Shown here in pieces: positions 1 to 9,553 of a stretch of DNA of 64,000 bases. Made by a program: the position numbers and the translations under genes. The notes beneath the pieces are model-generated. The model made no database searches and was not told the DNA's origin. It was given only the letters and a program-made list of their open reading frames with translations. The first letter of the stretch is position 1. Each line of letters starts with the position of its first letter. Origin of the DNA: a virus; IMG/VR virus record IMGVR_UViG_3300025122_000012, positions 1 through 64,000 of that record. One strand, written 5' to 3'.

Positions 1-298
1 CATCTACCACTGATTGAGAGTGAGAATTCATAGAGCCCGACTTATCAATCAGCCAAACAATATCAATGCCGTCAATGGTATAAGGCTGATCGAATGAGTC
101 AACCCAAACATCGCCGCCTTCGCCGGGGACTTCTACAATCACTTCTACCGGGACTTCTACAATCACCTCTACCGGTACTTCGACGGGGACTTCTACCTCA
201 ACAATCTCCGGGGGGTGCATATCATAAATTGTATAATCGCCTTCGCATCCGGTCACGGCAAAAGCGGCTAGAATGATAAAAGCAACTACCCGTTTCAT
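1..298 (-). CDS. Lipoprotein with (V/I)EVP repeats and von Willebrand A domain (runs off window; not in ORF track)
   Basis: Manual translation: MKRVVAFIILAAFAVTGC (lipobox), then VEVEVPVEVPVEVIVEVPVEVIVEVP, then IDIVWLIDKSGSM (MIDAS DxSxS). Confidence 0.8.
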   Translation of the reverse strand, partial: MKRVVAFIILAAFAVTGCEGDYTIYDMHPPEIVEVEVPVEVPVEVIVEVPVEVIVEVPGEGGDVWVDSFDQPYTIDGIDIVWLIDKSGSMNSHSQSVVD

Positions 299-302
299 TT
301 TT

Positions 303-1142
303 CTAATCCCGGGTGCCGCCGCGGCGGGGAGCCCTCGCCCCCGGAAATGCGTTAATAGTATCGGGCACTGTTGCGGTCATTATTCTGATTTTAAGCATCT
401 CGTGATCTATGTGGCTGACAGGCGCGACCCATACAATAGACTCAAGAGGAATGCGGTACCCCATAACTCCGATGTTTCCTACGTCTATGCCCGAAACTAC
501 TCCGACTAGTCTGCCGCGGCGGTCAAAGGCGCCCGAACCAGATGATCCAAACCATCCGAACATATTGGTTACAACCATTTCGTGCTCCAGGGACGCAACA
601 TATCCCCGGATAGTGAGCAAATCGTGATGCGAGGGGAAGCCCGTATACGTAAGGTTAGTGCCGAGCAGCCGCTCGTCATACGATTTTAGCGGACGGTACC
701 GTATAGCGGTGCGAGTTTCCATCTCTGGAACAACCAGAAATGCCAAATCATTTTCTGTGTCAACAAAGACAACTTGGCCCACAACCGTCTCGCCGTTTCG
801 GCCATCGATGGCCATGACGCTCTCGCTCCGGACAACGTGAGCGGCAGTAACAACGACGCGGCGGTCGTGGGCAACCATATAAGTTCCCGAACCATGGCCA
901 CCTTGTAAAAGAGATCTAACTTTTACGGCGGCGGCGCGGGCTCGTTGTTCCGAGAGCGAAAGATTGGACGCATCCAAAATTTCGAGCACATCACCAAAGG
1001 CAGTCTGTACTTCAACTGTGCCTTGGGTGGAAAGGAAGGGCTGAGCGGACTCAGAAGTAAAGGAGAGGGGGGGAGTGGTACAACTTACTAAAAGCAGTGA
1101 TGCAATAACTATAAAATTTTTAATCCACCTACGCACGAACAA
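303..1142 (-). CDS. Trypsin-like (S1) serine protease, probable lipoprotein
   Basis: TAAH, DLA and GSSGS catalytic motifs; LLLVSC lipobox. Confidence 0.85.
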   Translation of the reverse strand: MFVRRWIKNFIVIASLLLVSCTTPPLSFTSESAQPFLSTQGTVEVQTAFGDVLEILDASNLSLSEQRARAAAVKVRSLLQGGHGSGTYMVAHDRRVVVTAAHVVRSESVMAIDGRNGETVVGQVVFVDTENDLAFLVVPEMETRTAIRYRPLKSYDERLLGTNLTYTGFPSHHDLLTIRGYVASLEHEMVVTNMFGWFGSSGSGAFDRRGRLVGVVSGIDVGNIGVMGYRIPLESIVWVAPVSHIDHEMLKIRIMTATVPDTINAFPGARAPRRGGTRD

Positions 1143-1287
1143 TCCTCCGTGTGAGGTTACTTTACCACTACATAAGTGTATTTATACCTGCATACTCCCT
1201 AGGGATGCCAAATTGCATACAACCTTGAGTCCTTTCTAACCCTTGTTTGTCTATTAGTAATTAGAAAGGAATAAGGCTTTCCTGGAA

Positions 1288-3042
1288 TTATTTAATAATT
1301 TGTTGCCAACGCTGTATAATGCGCGATTCGGATAGCCCATAGTCGAGGTCCATTTCTCCTGCTGACTGGCGGAGGGGGAGGTCCAGCTGGTCCTCGCGAT
1401 CGCGTTCGTCCTCTGCATCGATCTCGGCCGCAATGTCACGATAGACACCATATGCTTCTAATCTTTCCTCGACACCTTTCCAAAAACCATTGTAGTCAAA
1501 CTCTGCGTCTTCGGGTGCGGCTTCGACGCTGACGAGGTAACCCGATATCTCGGCAATCTCCGATAGATAGCTGTCGAGCCGTTCAAGCTCGCTCTTTACG
1601 GTTTCTTCGTCATCGTCATTGGGCTGGAAGTCATCCTCCCACACCATCTCAACACGGAGCATCGCGGCTTCGGAATCTTGAACGCCTCTCGCGAATACCT
1701 CGGCAGTGCGGATCCGCGGGTTGGGATAAAGAGTATCGTCCGCAATCGACTGGGCATCCTGACGGATCTCCCAACGCAGTCGGTGAGTATCCTCATCAAC
1801 AATAATATCTTTGACGGGCCAGAACGCTTGATGGCGCAAGCCCACGCCGGCGGATCCGGCATCGTCCGGTGCACCGGGCCACTCAATTTCCAAAAAGGTT
1901 TGACTATCGGTTTCAATGCTGGATTCCCATTGTTCCAGCAGCTCGGTCGCCTCAGCGACCCACACATCCTTAAACTTCACGTCTGGATGTTTCTCCTCAA
2001 GGTACTCTAATATGCCAGCACCATCATCGGTGAAGGGATGCCACCCGCCGCCCTTCTCTACCACCTTTTCAACCCCCATGTTCTCAATAAACCAATCAAT
2101 GTAAGACCACAGATCAGGCCCGGGAGCACTGTTCGCTTTGCCTTTAATTTGATAAATGGTGGTCCCGTCAAACTCTATCGTTACAAACGGCTTCATTTTG
2201 CGTTTCTCGCCGGAGCGCAAGGAATAAAGAGTGCCAGATTCGCCGCGTCCACAGTGGGCCATTTCCTTTGCTTCAAAATCACAAGCATGGCTCTGGATAT
2301 CATACCAGAAGTAGCCGTTATCAAAAGTGTGAATGACTTTGTCGGGATCCTTCGTGGGATTGTCGAGGAATATTTGGGCTATGCGATACGCTTCTCTGAA
2401 AGTCTCGGCGCCCTTAAGCTCCTCGTCATAATAAACAGGATCCAGCGCAAGGACGGTCATAATCCGCCGCAGTCTAAGCCGGAGATCATCACTGTCTGTA
2501 AGACGTGAGAGGAGGCTGTGGTCAAAAATAGTTTGCGCAGTCTGTATCTCGCCGTCGGGAAGGCCCACTCGTTGGAGGGCCCGCGTCATACGTTTTCTCA
2601 GCGCCTTCATATCAGCCAGAGTTTGGAGATCTTCCGGTGAGTCGCTGTGGACGCCCATAGCCCAATCTATAATAGGGCCAATGGCGTCGATTATGCGCTC
2701 TCCTAAGGCTTCTCGTTCTTCCTCTGAGGATGAAGCATCCACACCGCTGGTCTCGCGGACTGCTTTTTTAATAAAGTGCGCCAGGTTTCTCGCGTCAGTG
2801 ACATCAAAAAGTTTCATGTCAAACTTTTTAAGAAGCTGACCCAACCATGTAAGGTGTTTTTCGTCTATCTTTTGGAGTTCCACGCCACGTTGATTGGCAA
2901 GCGTGGCGGCGTGCGCGTCACTATGAACAGTGGACGCTGCTTTACGCCTAATAAACGTAACTACCCGCGAAGGGAGACCGATATTTTCGATCGCCTCCGC
3001 GAGTAGATAGTCGTTCCATTTGTTGGATTGACATAGATACAT
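1288..3042 (-). CDS. PcfJ-like domain protein, candidate internal virion protein
   Basis: EAKEMAHC..LYSLR..VTIEF..QIKGKAN resembles PcfJ domain; C-terminal RWQQIIK; ATG at 3042 just after the late motif. Confidence 0.55.
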   Translation of the reverse strand: MYLCQSNKWNDYLLAEAIENIGLPSRVVTFIRRKAASTVHSDAHAATLANQRGVELQKIDEKHLTWLGQLLKKFDMKLFDVTDARNLAHFIKKAVRETSGVDASSSEEEREALGERIIDAIGPIIDWAMGVHSDSPEDLQTLADMKALRKRMTRALQRVGLPDGEIQTAQTIFDHSLLSRLTDSDDLRLRLRRIMTVLALDPVYYDEELKGAETFREAYRIAQIFLDNPTKDPDKVIHTFDNGYFWYDIQSHACDFEAKEMAHCGRGESGTLYSLRSGEKRKMKPFVTIEFDGTTIYQIKGKANSAPGPDLWSYIDWFIENMGVEKVVEKGGGWHPFTDDGAGILEYLEEKHPDVKFKDVWVAEATELLEQWESSIETDSQTFLEIEWPGAPDDAGSAGVGLRHQAFWPVKDIIVDEDTHRLRWEIRQDAQSIADDTLYPNPRIRTAEVFARGVQDSEAAMLRVEMVWEDDFQPNDDDEETVKSELERLDSYLSEIAEISGYLVSVEAAPEDAEFDYNGFWKGVEERLEAYGVYRDIAAEIDAEDERDREDQLDLPLRQSAGEMDLDYGLSESRIIQRWQQIIK

Positions 3043-3048
3043 CAACTA

Positions 3049-3056
3049 TAAATAGT
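3049..3056 (-). promoter_or_regulatory. Putative late promoter motif ACTATTTA
   Basis: Same motif recurs upstream of many structural genes. Confidence 0.6.
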
Positions 3057-3064
3057 TGTGTATA

Positions 3065-3469
3065 TTACTTAATGTCAATTGTAATGGAGTTGGTCGCAGG
3101 GGTTTCGCGGGGAACGAAAACGGCCAAAATGCCCTGCTTGTATTCGGCACGGATAGTATTATAGTCAGCATCGGTGGGAAGCTTCCAAAAACGACTAAAA
3201 GATTTATACTGAACGGTCGTATCAGTATTGTTCTCACTATTATAAGTTACATAAAGGTGATTGTTTTCTACCTTCACGCCTAGGTCGTCCTTGTCGAGTC
3301 CCGGGGCAATAACATCAATCTTGTATTCCTCATCAGTACTGGACACATTGGTCTTTACCGAATAATCATCAACAAGTTGATTGCCAAAATTAATAAAGTC
3401 ATCTCCAAAGATGGTCTCAAAGAGTAAGCTGCGCGGAGACCTCGCGCTGTTGCGTAGAACTGGATTCAT
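3065..3469 (-). CDS. Small heat-shock protein (Hsp20/alpha-crystallin)
   Basis: APGLDKDDL, FSRFWKLP, AEYKQGIL motifs. Confidence 0.9.
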   Translation of the reverse strand: MNPVLRNSARSPRSLLFETIFGDDFINFGNQLVDDYSVKTNVSSTDEEYKIDVIAPGLDKDDLGVKVENNHLYVTYNSENNTDTTVQYKSFSRFWKLPTDADYNTIRAEYKQGILAVFVPRETPATNSITIDIK

Positions 3470-3495
3470 AGGTGTTCTAACCTCCTTCGCTTCAT

Positions 3496-3523
3496 ATTAT
3501 AACACTCTGTGCTGGAGTGTCAA
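3496..3523 (-). promoter_or_regulatory. Sigma70-type promoter TTGACA-N16-TATAAT overlapping an ACACTC-N7-GAGTGT inverted repeat
   Basis: Exact consensus hexamers upstream of hsp20. Confidence 0.8.
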
Positions 3524-3536
3524 GCGAAAAAGTAAA

Positions 3537-3938
3537 TTATTTTCCACTAGTAGGTGGAGGAGTGGGGATATGAGAAATACGTTTATAGTCGTCCTCAAGG
3601 CGGACTATGTCGTGGGTCTCCGGGGTGCTGACTTCCACAAGGCGCACATCGCCCCCCTCCGCACTAAATCGGTGGATCGTCCCCGGCGGAACATGAAATA
3701 TCTCTCCGGGATGCATTATATGCGAGTGAATAGTGTCTCCATCAAAATAGGGGCCCGCTTCACATATCAAGGTACCCTCTAGGACCATAATGGTTTCTTC
3801 TTTTACTCGATGATATTGACGTGAAAGACGATGGCCTTTTTTAATAAATAAGATCTTTCCGACGTATCCGCGAGAGCTTTGGGCCCACAGTTCTTCGTGG
3901 CCCCACGGTTTGTCAACGATTGTAGCTTTTTTTAACAT
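3537..3938 (-). CDS. Cupin-domain protein (mannose-6-phosphate isomerase-like)
   Basis: KPWG, SRQYH..KEE, PPGTIHRF, D.VRLED motifs. Confidence 0.8.
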   Translation of the reverse strand: MLKKATIVDKPWGHEELWAQSSRGYVGKILFIKKGHRLSRQYHRVKEETIMVLEGTLICEAGPYFDGDTIHSHIMHPGEIFHVPPGTIHRFSAEGGDVRLVEVSTPETHDIVRLEDDYKRISHIPTPPPTSGK

Positions 3939-3940
3939 CT

Positions 3941-4249
3941 TTATCCTTTCAGCAGAGTTCGACTATCTCGGTTTAGGCGCCCGGCCACAATGTCAGGGGC
4001 CCCCACCACCACGTGGGTCTCCATCACCCCGCAATTATTAAGAGTAATAGAGGTAAAATTATGCTCTGCGTTCAACTCTTCTCCCATTAAACCATCACGC
4101 AAGAGCTGTTTATAGCCCGTTGCGTTTCGTATCTTTACAACTGAGTCCTCGTTAATCCAGAGTTCTCCCAGCGAAAATTGAGGAATCGCTGTTCGTTCCA
4201 TCCGCGGATTAAAGTTGGTTTCATTGATTACTTCAATAAACTTAATCAT
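3941..4249 (-). CDS. Hypothetical protein
   Basis: Tightly packed co-oriented ORF. Confidence 0.65.
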   Translation of the reverse strand: MIKFIEVINETNFNPRMERTAIPQFSLGELWINEDSVVKIRNATGYKQLLRDGLMGEELNAEHNFTSITLNNCGVMETHVVVGAPDIVAGRLNRDSRTLLKG

Positions 4250-4252
4250 TTT

Positions 4253-4483
4253 CTATCCTAATTTATATACTTTACTATCCTTTACCGCCCAGTAGGCACC
4301 ATCGCAAAAAATGCGAACATACCCTCCCGACGAGACATATGTCACAATTCCTACCCGGGGGCGTTGAGTTTGTTCCACTCTGAGCGGGATAGTAAGCTGT
4401 GGGTCGGCTTCGATAGGACAATCTATTAGATGCACTGCTTGGGGAACGTGTACTAGGTCCCCGATTTGATATGTGTCTTTCAT
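4253..4483 (-). CDS. Hypothetical protein (SH3-like small beta protein)
   Basis: IGDLV motif; abuts neighbours. Confidence 0.55.
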   Translation of the reverse strand: MKDTYQIGDLVHVPQAVHLIDCPIEADPQLTIPLRVEQTQRPRVGIVTYVSSGGYVRIFCDGAYWAVKDSKVYKLG

Positions 4484-4806
4484 TATTCGGAGGACTCAGA
4501 CGGGAGGTCAGCGGGAGCAACGAGCGAAGAGTCCCGAGCCGGAAGGGGGCGCTTCTCGTAGGCTGTCAAAATTTGGGTTATCTCTCCGGCGCGAACATCG
4601 AGTTCTACCAGAGCCTCCCTAAAATCACCTACCAGTTCTCCCACTTTGGTGCTGTTAACAGGCTCATCCCCCGGACTGAGCGCTTGTTGAATATTTTGAA
4701 AGAGATCGATAAGTTTTTGAACTGTGGGGGCTTTAAGCCCGAGAAGCTTACCCGCCTCTTCAAACACGTTCTCTTCATCGACCGTGTAAAATAATTGAAA
4801 TTGCAT
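4483..4806 (-). CDS. Hypothetical protein
   Basis: Co-oriented; AGGA-rich RBS. Confidence 0.6.
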   Translation of the reverse strand: MQFQLFYTVDEENVFEEAGKLLGLKAPTVQKLIDLFQNIQQALSPGDEPVNSTKVGELVGDFREALVELDVRAGEITQILTAYEKRPLPARDSSLVAPADLPSESSE

Positions 4807-4819
4807 CTTTTTTCCTTTC

Positions 4820-5107
4820 TTAGAACAGAGTTGCCCACATCGTTTTAGCCATCAAGCCTACAACCGCCGCCACTACAATCCATAAAATTTTAGTGTTGTT
4901 GTTTTTCCACGTTTCTAAAGCGTCGAGGCGGGAGCCAAGACTACTCAAACGAGCGTACAGACCATTGTCTGGATCGTAAACGGCTTCCTTGATTTTAGAA
5001 ATATTTTCTGCTAGCTCGTCTTGCTTATCAAGAAGAACTTGCATCTTGGTAGCTATCTCTGCCATCATTACAGTAAGATTTTGGGTCGCGACGTCGGGAT
5101 CGGGCAT
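4820..5107 (-). CDS. Coiled-coil protein with C-terminal TM helix (XhlA/holin-like architecture)
   Basis: ILWIVVAAVVGLM hydrophobic tail; GGAG RBS before ATG 5107; late motif at 5130-5136. Confidence 0.5.
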   Translation of the reverse strand: MPDPDVATQNLTVMMAEIATKMQVLLDKQDELAENISKIKEAVYDPDNGLYARLSSLGSRLDALETWKNNNTKILWIVVAAVVGLMAKTMWATLF

Positions 5108-5138
5108 TTTTAATTCTCCATTGCTCAACTAAATAGGA

Positions 5139-6710
5139 CTATACTTCTAGAATAGCATGAGAAGTAGTAATTAAAGTACCAGCCGCAGAAGCCGCATTCT
5201 CCAAAGCTGTCCTGGTGACCTTCAGGGGGTCAATAATGCCCGCCTCATACATATCTACCTCGCAAAAGTCTCGAAAATTGTGACCGTAATTTTCAGGCGC
5301 CTTTCGGGTTTGAGCTTCGATAAGATCGGCGGACAGGCCGCAATTCTCCGCCATTTGTCGTAGCGGAGCTATTGCCGCGGCCGTGATGATATCTACTCCA
5401 TACTGTTGGTCCTCATTCTCGACTTCCACCACTATGTTTTCAGCGGCACGTAGAAGGGCGACGCCGCCTCCCGGCACGACACCTTCCTGCTGCGCTGATT
5501 TAACTGCTTCTAGGGCATCTTCAACCCGATGTTTCTTTTCGATCATCTCTACTTCGGTGGCGGCGCCCACATTAATTACTGCGACTCCCGCGGCCAACTT
5601 AGTGATACGTTCCTGAAGTTTATCACACTCTCCCAGCTCATCGGTGTTCTTAAGTTCTACTTTTAGTAACTCGATACGCTTATCCACCTCGGCGGGATCT
5701 CCTCGACCGCCAATAACGGTGGTAGTGCTCTTGGTAATATCAATGGAGCGCGCCTGCCCAAAGTGCTTAAGCTTTGCTTGGCGCAAGGGGACTGCGGATT
5801 CCTGCGATAAGAATTCAGCTCCTGTGGAGAGGGCAAGATCGGCAAGAATATTTCTTCGGCGATCGCCATAAAAAGGTGCCTTCACAGCAACAATTTTCAT
5901 TGATCCTCGAACCGTGTTCATAATCAAAGCTGCGAGGGCTTGGCCCTCTATCTCCTCGGCAACAATAATCAAGGGGCGCGCGTCGCGTGACACTAATTCG
6001 AGAGCGGGAAGAATCTGATCAACGGTATCTATCTTTTGGTCTGTCACAAGAATGAGGGGCGTGTCATAATGAACAGCTCCCCGCCTTTCATCTGTCACAA
6101 AAGCTGTCGCAGCATAGCCTGCCTCCAACCTAAAGCCCTCGATGATGTCCAGGGTGGTATCTACTGTTTTAGATTCCTCAATAGTGATGGCTCCATCTTT
6201 GCCAGCTTTATCGACGGCCGTAGCAATCAGCTTGCCTATTGTGCGATCATTGTTGGCTGAGATGGTGGCCACATTCTCTACGTCGTCGAGCGTTTCAATA
6301 TGCTGCGCCATCTCCTTGAGATTGTGGACGATTGCGTCCACTCCTAAATCCATTCCGCGTTTAATTTCAACCGGCGAAGATCCGGCAGCGATGTAACGTT
6401 GGGCCTTTACCATTATGGCGCGGGCCAGAACGGTAGCCGTAGTCGTGCCGTCCCCCGCTGTGTTGTTGGTTTCTTGGGTAGCTTGTTTAAGTATCTGCGC
6501 TGCAGCATTCTCGAACTCATCATCTAAATGTACAAAGGCAGCAACCGTGACGCCGTCCTTAGTAATAAAGGGGTCTTTGCCCTGCTGTTGCAAAAGCACA
6601 TTGCGGCCTTTAGGCCCCAGTGTGGCGGCGACGTTATCAGCCAGCACATTGACGCCTCTTAAGGTTTTGGTAGTTAATTCAGAACGGGACTCAAATTTAC
6701 ATTTGGGCAC
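5139..6710 (-). CDS. groEL: Chaperonin GroEL
   Basis: TLGPKGRNV, ITKDGVTVA, GDGTTTATVLA, GGGVAL motifs. Confidence 0.97.
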   Translation of the reverse strand: MPKCKFESRSELTTKTLRGVNVLADNVAATLGPKGRNVLLQQQGKDPFITKDGVTVAAFVHLDDEFENAAAQILKQATQETNNTAGDGTTTATVLARAIMVKAQRYIAAGSSPVEIKRGMDLGVDAIVHNLKEMAQHIETLDDVENVATISANNDRTIGKLIATAVDKAGKDGAITIEESKTVDTTLDIIEGFRLEAGYAATAFVTDERRGAVHYDTPLILVTDQKIDTVDQILPALELVSRDARPLIIVAEEIEGQALAALIMNTVRGSMKIVAVKAPFYGDRRRNILADLALSTGAEFLSQESAVPLRQAKLKHFGQARSIDITKSTTTVIGGRGDPAEVDKRIELLKVELKNTDELGECDKLQERITKLAAGVAVINVGAATEVEMIEKKHRVEDALEAVKSAQQEGVVPGGGVALLRAAENIVVEVENEDQQYGVDIITAAAIAPLRQMAENCGLSADLIEAQTRKAPENYGHNFRDFCEVDMYEAGIIDPLKVTRTALENAASAAGTLITTSHAILEV

Positions 6711-6736
6711 ACGTCACCTCTCTTTCAATTATGTCT

Positions 6737-6764
6737 ATTATAACACAAATATTCAAATTGTCAA
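6737..6764 (-). promoter_or_regulatory. Sigma70-type promoter TTGACA-N16-TATAAT (extended -10 TGn)
   Basis: Exact consensus upstream of groEL. Confidence 0.8.
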
Positions 6765-6771
6765 TCTTTTT

Positions 6772-8430
6772 CTATTCCCGGTCCGGGAGAACGGTCGCAA
6801 TTTTCTCATCCACTACCCTCTTGAGGGTGGCAGCATCTTTGATTGCGTCGTGGCCCGCTGTCGAACGCATAGAAGAATCTTTTTCATCACACGTTTGAGC
6901 TTCTTCCTGCGGATCACCACAATCAATTAAGAAGAAGCGACCCACATTATCTATCAATGCGCTTAAAGCGTTAAACATTTCAGTTAATTCGCCGCCAATC
7001 ATTTCGGCGCCTCGTGCAAAAGTTTCGTCCATCGCCGAAGGAAGGATGTTTATAGAGCCGATGTCTCCTGATGAAGCTGCCGCCTGGTAGGTGGAACCAA
7101 TTTCAAATTGTTCTTTGCCCCAATAGCCGTGGGCTCCTTTGGGGGCAAAGGGCACTTCTCTTAGCATCTCTTCTTCGCTGAGCGCTGGCGGCCCCGCGGC
7201 ATCTTCGTCTTTGATTCGAAGGAGTTGTGGCCCGCGGACATACTGCCAAAACTTAGGATCATTAGGCATTGATTTCCAGAGTGCATACCACTCGGCGTAC
7301 TGATCTGGGGTGCCCCATATCCTCCCCGCCGCGCCCTGCCTTTCGGCGTGGCGTTTCTCGCCAGGGGCGCCGGGGATTTTCGTTGCGGTTTTCATTTGTA
7401 TTTCATATGTTTCCCCGGGAACAATTATCGACCCGTCGCCCCTTAATGGAACTAGAGCCCCGTTTTTCTCAACCCTCGTAACGACCCATCCGCTTTCAAG
7501 AGGGCTCTTGTCGGAAGCAAGATACATTTCTAAGTCCTTGCGCCCCCAATGTGAAGGGGCGTCCGGCGCGGTCTCTTTGTCTCGGGTTGGGGGTGGTCCG
7601 GCGTCTTCCGCATGTTCATACTCTATTGTCTTCCTTTGAATCGCGAGCTTGGGAGGGCCAATCCACTTAAAAAATGATTCCTGTGAAATCGTGAATTGCC
7701 AAAACACCATACTGGCTTCTTTGATATCCTCGCCGGCTTTAGTTTTGCCGGGCATTTTTCTAATCACCACATACACCATCGGCTGGTCTGGGTTTTTTGC
7801 AAAATGGTTCACGAGATCAATAAAGCTGCCCCCCACCGCGCCGGTAGGGCTTAAAATCTTAAGGCTTACGCGCTGCAGGCCACCGCCGCCGGGTTGGTCC
7901 ACCAGGATACTGTATTCCAATTTAACATCCGCAATGTCCCCCTCTTCGGTATGGACCTGAGTCGACTTCCCTCCAAACATAGCAGCCAGGAAAGGCTCCC
8001 ATAAAAAGCCCGCAACAGAAGCATTAAACTCCCTGATCATAAAAGAGAACGTTTGTAAAAACATTAAGTAAGAAAGAGTAGTTGCAACAGTCATCCCTTC
8101 CGGTGGAGCATCGATGAATTGCTGAATGGAGGCTATCTTCTCTTTAAGGCCTCCGGTGGGGGCTATCTTCGACATCCAAGCTTCGAATGTTGCCCGATCT
8201 TCGCTGCCTTGTTCGGCAGTATACTGTCCTACGCTCTGCTCTGTAGGAATCATAAGAGGAAAGCGCAGCATGCGCTCCCGGCGGGGTTTCCCAGGTCCCG
8301 AAGGGAAGGGGTCCTTGGTCTTTTTTTTCTTGGTCTCTTCCTCCTTGAGCAGAAAGTTCATCACCTCATTTATCAGGTTTGCGTCCTGCGCCTGCTTATA
8401 AAATCTCTCTACAAGTGTATCAATATTCAT
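6772..8430 (-). CDS. Hypothetical protein, possibly PD-(D/E)xK-like; candidate internal virion protein
   Basis: GFLWEPFLA..DIADV..VSLK spacing; CTAATTA motif at 8454-8460. Confidence 0.45.
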   Translation of the reverse strand: MNIDTLVERFYKQAQDANLINEVMNFLLKEEETKKKKTKDPFPSGPGKPRRERMLRFPLMIPTEQSVGQYTAEQGSEDRATFEAWMSKIAPTGGLKEKIASIQQFIDAPPEGMTVATTLSYLMFLQTFSFMIREFNASVAGFLWEPFLAAMFGGKSTQVHTEEGDIADVKLEYSILVDQPGGGGLQRVSLKILSPTGAVGGSFIDLVNHFAKNPDQPMVYVVIRKMPGKTKAGEDIKEASMVFWQFTISQESFFKWIGPPKLAIQRKTIEYEHAEDAGPPPTRDKETAPDAPSHWGRKDLEMYLASDKSPLESGWVVTRVEKNGALVPLRGDGSIIVPGETYEIQMKTATKIPGAPGEKRHAERQGAAGRIWGTPDQYAEWYALWKSMPNDPKFWQYVRGPQLLRIKDEDAAGPPALSEEEMLREVPFAPKGAHGYWGKEQFEIGSTYQAAASSGDIGSINILPSAMDETFARGAEMIGGELTEMFNALSALIDNVGRFFLIDCGDPQEEAQTCDEKDSSMRSTAGHDAIKDAATLKRVVDEKIATVLPDRE

Positions 8431-8456
8431 GATCAATCCTCTTTGGCCAATACTAA

Positions 8457-9083
8457 TTAGATGATTTCATCAACAAAACCCATTTCAAGTGCTTCCTCGG
8501 CCGAGAAATATTCATCCGTGTTTTGGGAAAAGATATTATAAATTTCTCCCACTGTCAACTTGGAGTTGTCAGCGAGTGCTTGAATCATCATTTCCTCCAC
8601 GTGGGTGGCCTCTTTATAAACCGTTTTAAGATTGGGTACGGGCCCCGACTCTGCGGCCGAGCAGTGATGAATCATCAGTCGTGTATTTCTAGAGATAAAC
8701 CGCTTCCCGGGAGTGCCTGCGGCGAGGAGTACCACTGCAGCAGACGCTACTTTTCCGAACGCGTAAGTACGGACGTCGCGGTTCTTCTTCACCACGCGCA
8801 TCAAATCATACACAGCAAACATATCTCCCACCGATCCCCCGTTGGAAGAGATAAAAAATTCTAAATCTTCTTCATCTTCAAAATCATCTGGATCTACATT
8901 AAGTATTCTGTTGTGGTTGGCAGCAATAAAGGCAGCAGATAAATCTTGGAGGCTCTCCTCGTTTATCTCCCCGCACAAACCAACCAAGGCTGGGGTTTCA
9001 CTGTCCTCTTCGGGCACAACCACGCCGTCGGAGCCTTCCGCCTCTTCTTCGCGCGGACTTTCCTGGTCTTCGTTCTTAATCAT
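8457..9083 (-). CDS. clpP: ClpP-family protease
   Basis: ISSNGGSV, GKVASAA (Ser), LMIHH (His), DEYFSAEEALEMGFVD (Asp). Confidence 0.9.
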   Translation of the reverse strand: MIKNEDQESPREEEAEGSDGVVVPEEDSETPALVGLCGEINEESLQDLSAAFIAANHNRILNVDPDDFEDEEDLEFFISSNGGSVGDMFAVYDLMRVVKKNRDVRTYAFGKVASAAVVLLAAGTPGKRFISRNTRLMIHHCSAAESGPVPNLKTVYKEATHVEEMMIQALADNSKLTVGEIYNIFSQNTDEYFSAEEALEMGFVDEII

Positions 9084-9480
9084 TATCGCCTCGTCTCTCT
9101 GCCTTTAAAAATTTCATCGCCCCGGTCCAATCGTCGAACGGCATTAGCGTACGAAACGAAGGGGGAGCTTTACTTACTATAGACAGTATAGCGGAGTCTT
9201 TCCAGTTTGTCAAGGTGTGTTCCCAAACGTTTTCAAATTCTCGAATTTGTTTGTCGTTAAACTCAGCTTCATGCATTGCTTTAACTTTAAGAGTATTTAA
9301 AAACTCTACGTTCTCCACGATACTCAAACACATAAACAACAAATGGGCGATGACCTGTCTCACCAAGCGCCACATATGCACCAACTCTAGCAGGCGCGCC
9401 AAATAAAAAGTGGCGAATACTCCAGAGCAAAACCCCAACACCACAAACACTGCAAGCTCTTGCGTGCTTACCTCATACAT
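9076..9480 (-). CDS. Hypothetical membrane protein
   Basis: N-terminal hydrophobic helix; GGAGG RBS. Confidence 0.6.
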   Translation of the reverse strand: MYEVSTQELAVFVVLGFCSGVFATFYLARLLELVHMWRLVRQVIAHLLFMCLSIVENVEFLNTLKVKAMHEAEFNDKQIREFENVWEHTLTNWKDSAILSIVSKAPPSFRTLMPFDDWTGAMKFLKAERRGDND

Positions 9481-9495
9481 ATAACCTCCAAATAG

Positions 9496-9521
9496 AAAAG
9501 GCCGTGATCTCTCACAGCCTT
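9496..9521 (-). terminator. Intrinsic terminator
   Basis: AAGGCTGTGA-GAGA-TCACGGCCTT followed by T run on minus strand. Confidence 0.65.
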
Positions 9522-9553
9522 ATTCTATCAGAATATGATCTAATGATCAAGTA

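Noticed and set aside
121-205. Short tandem repeats resembling a CRISPR array or iterons
   Set aside because: They encode in-frame VEVP repeats of the minus-strand lipoprotein and have no unique spacers.
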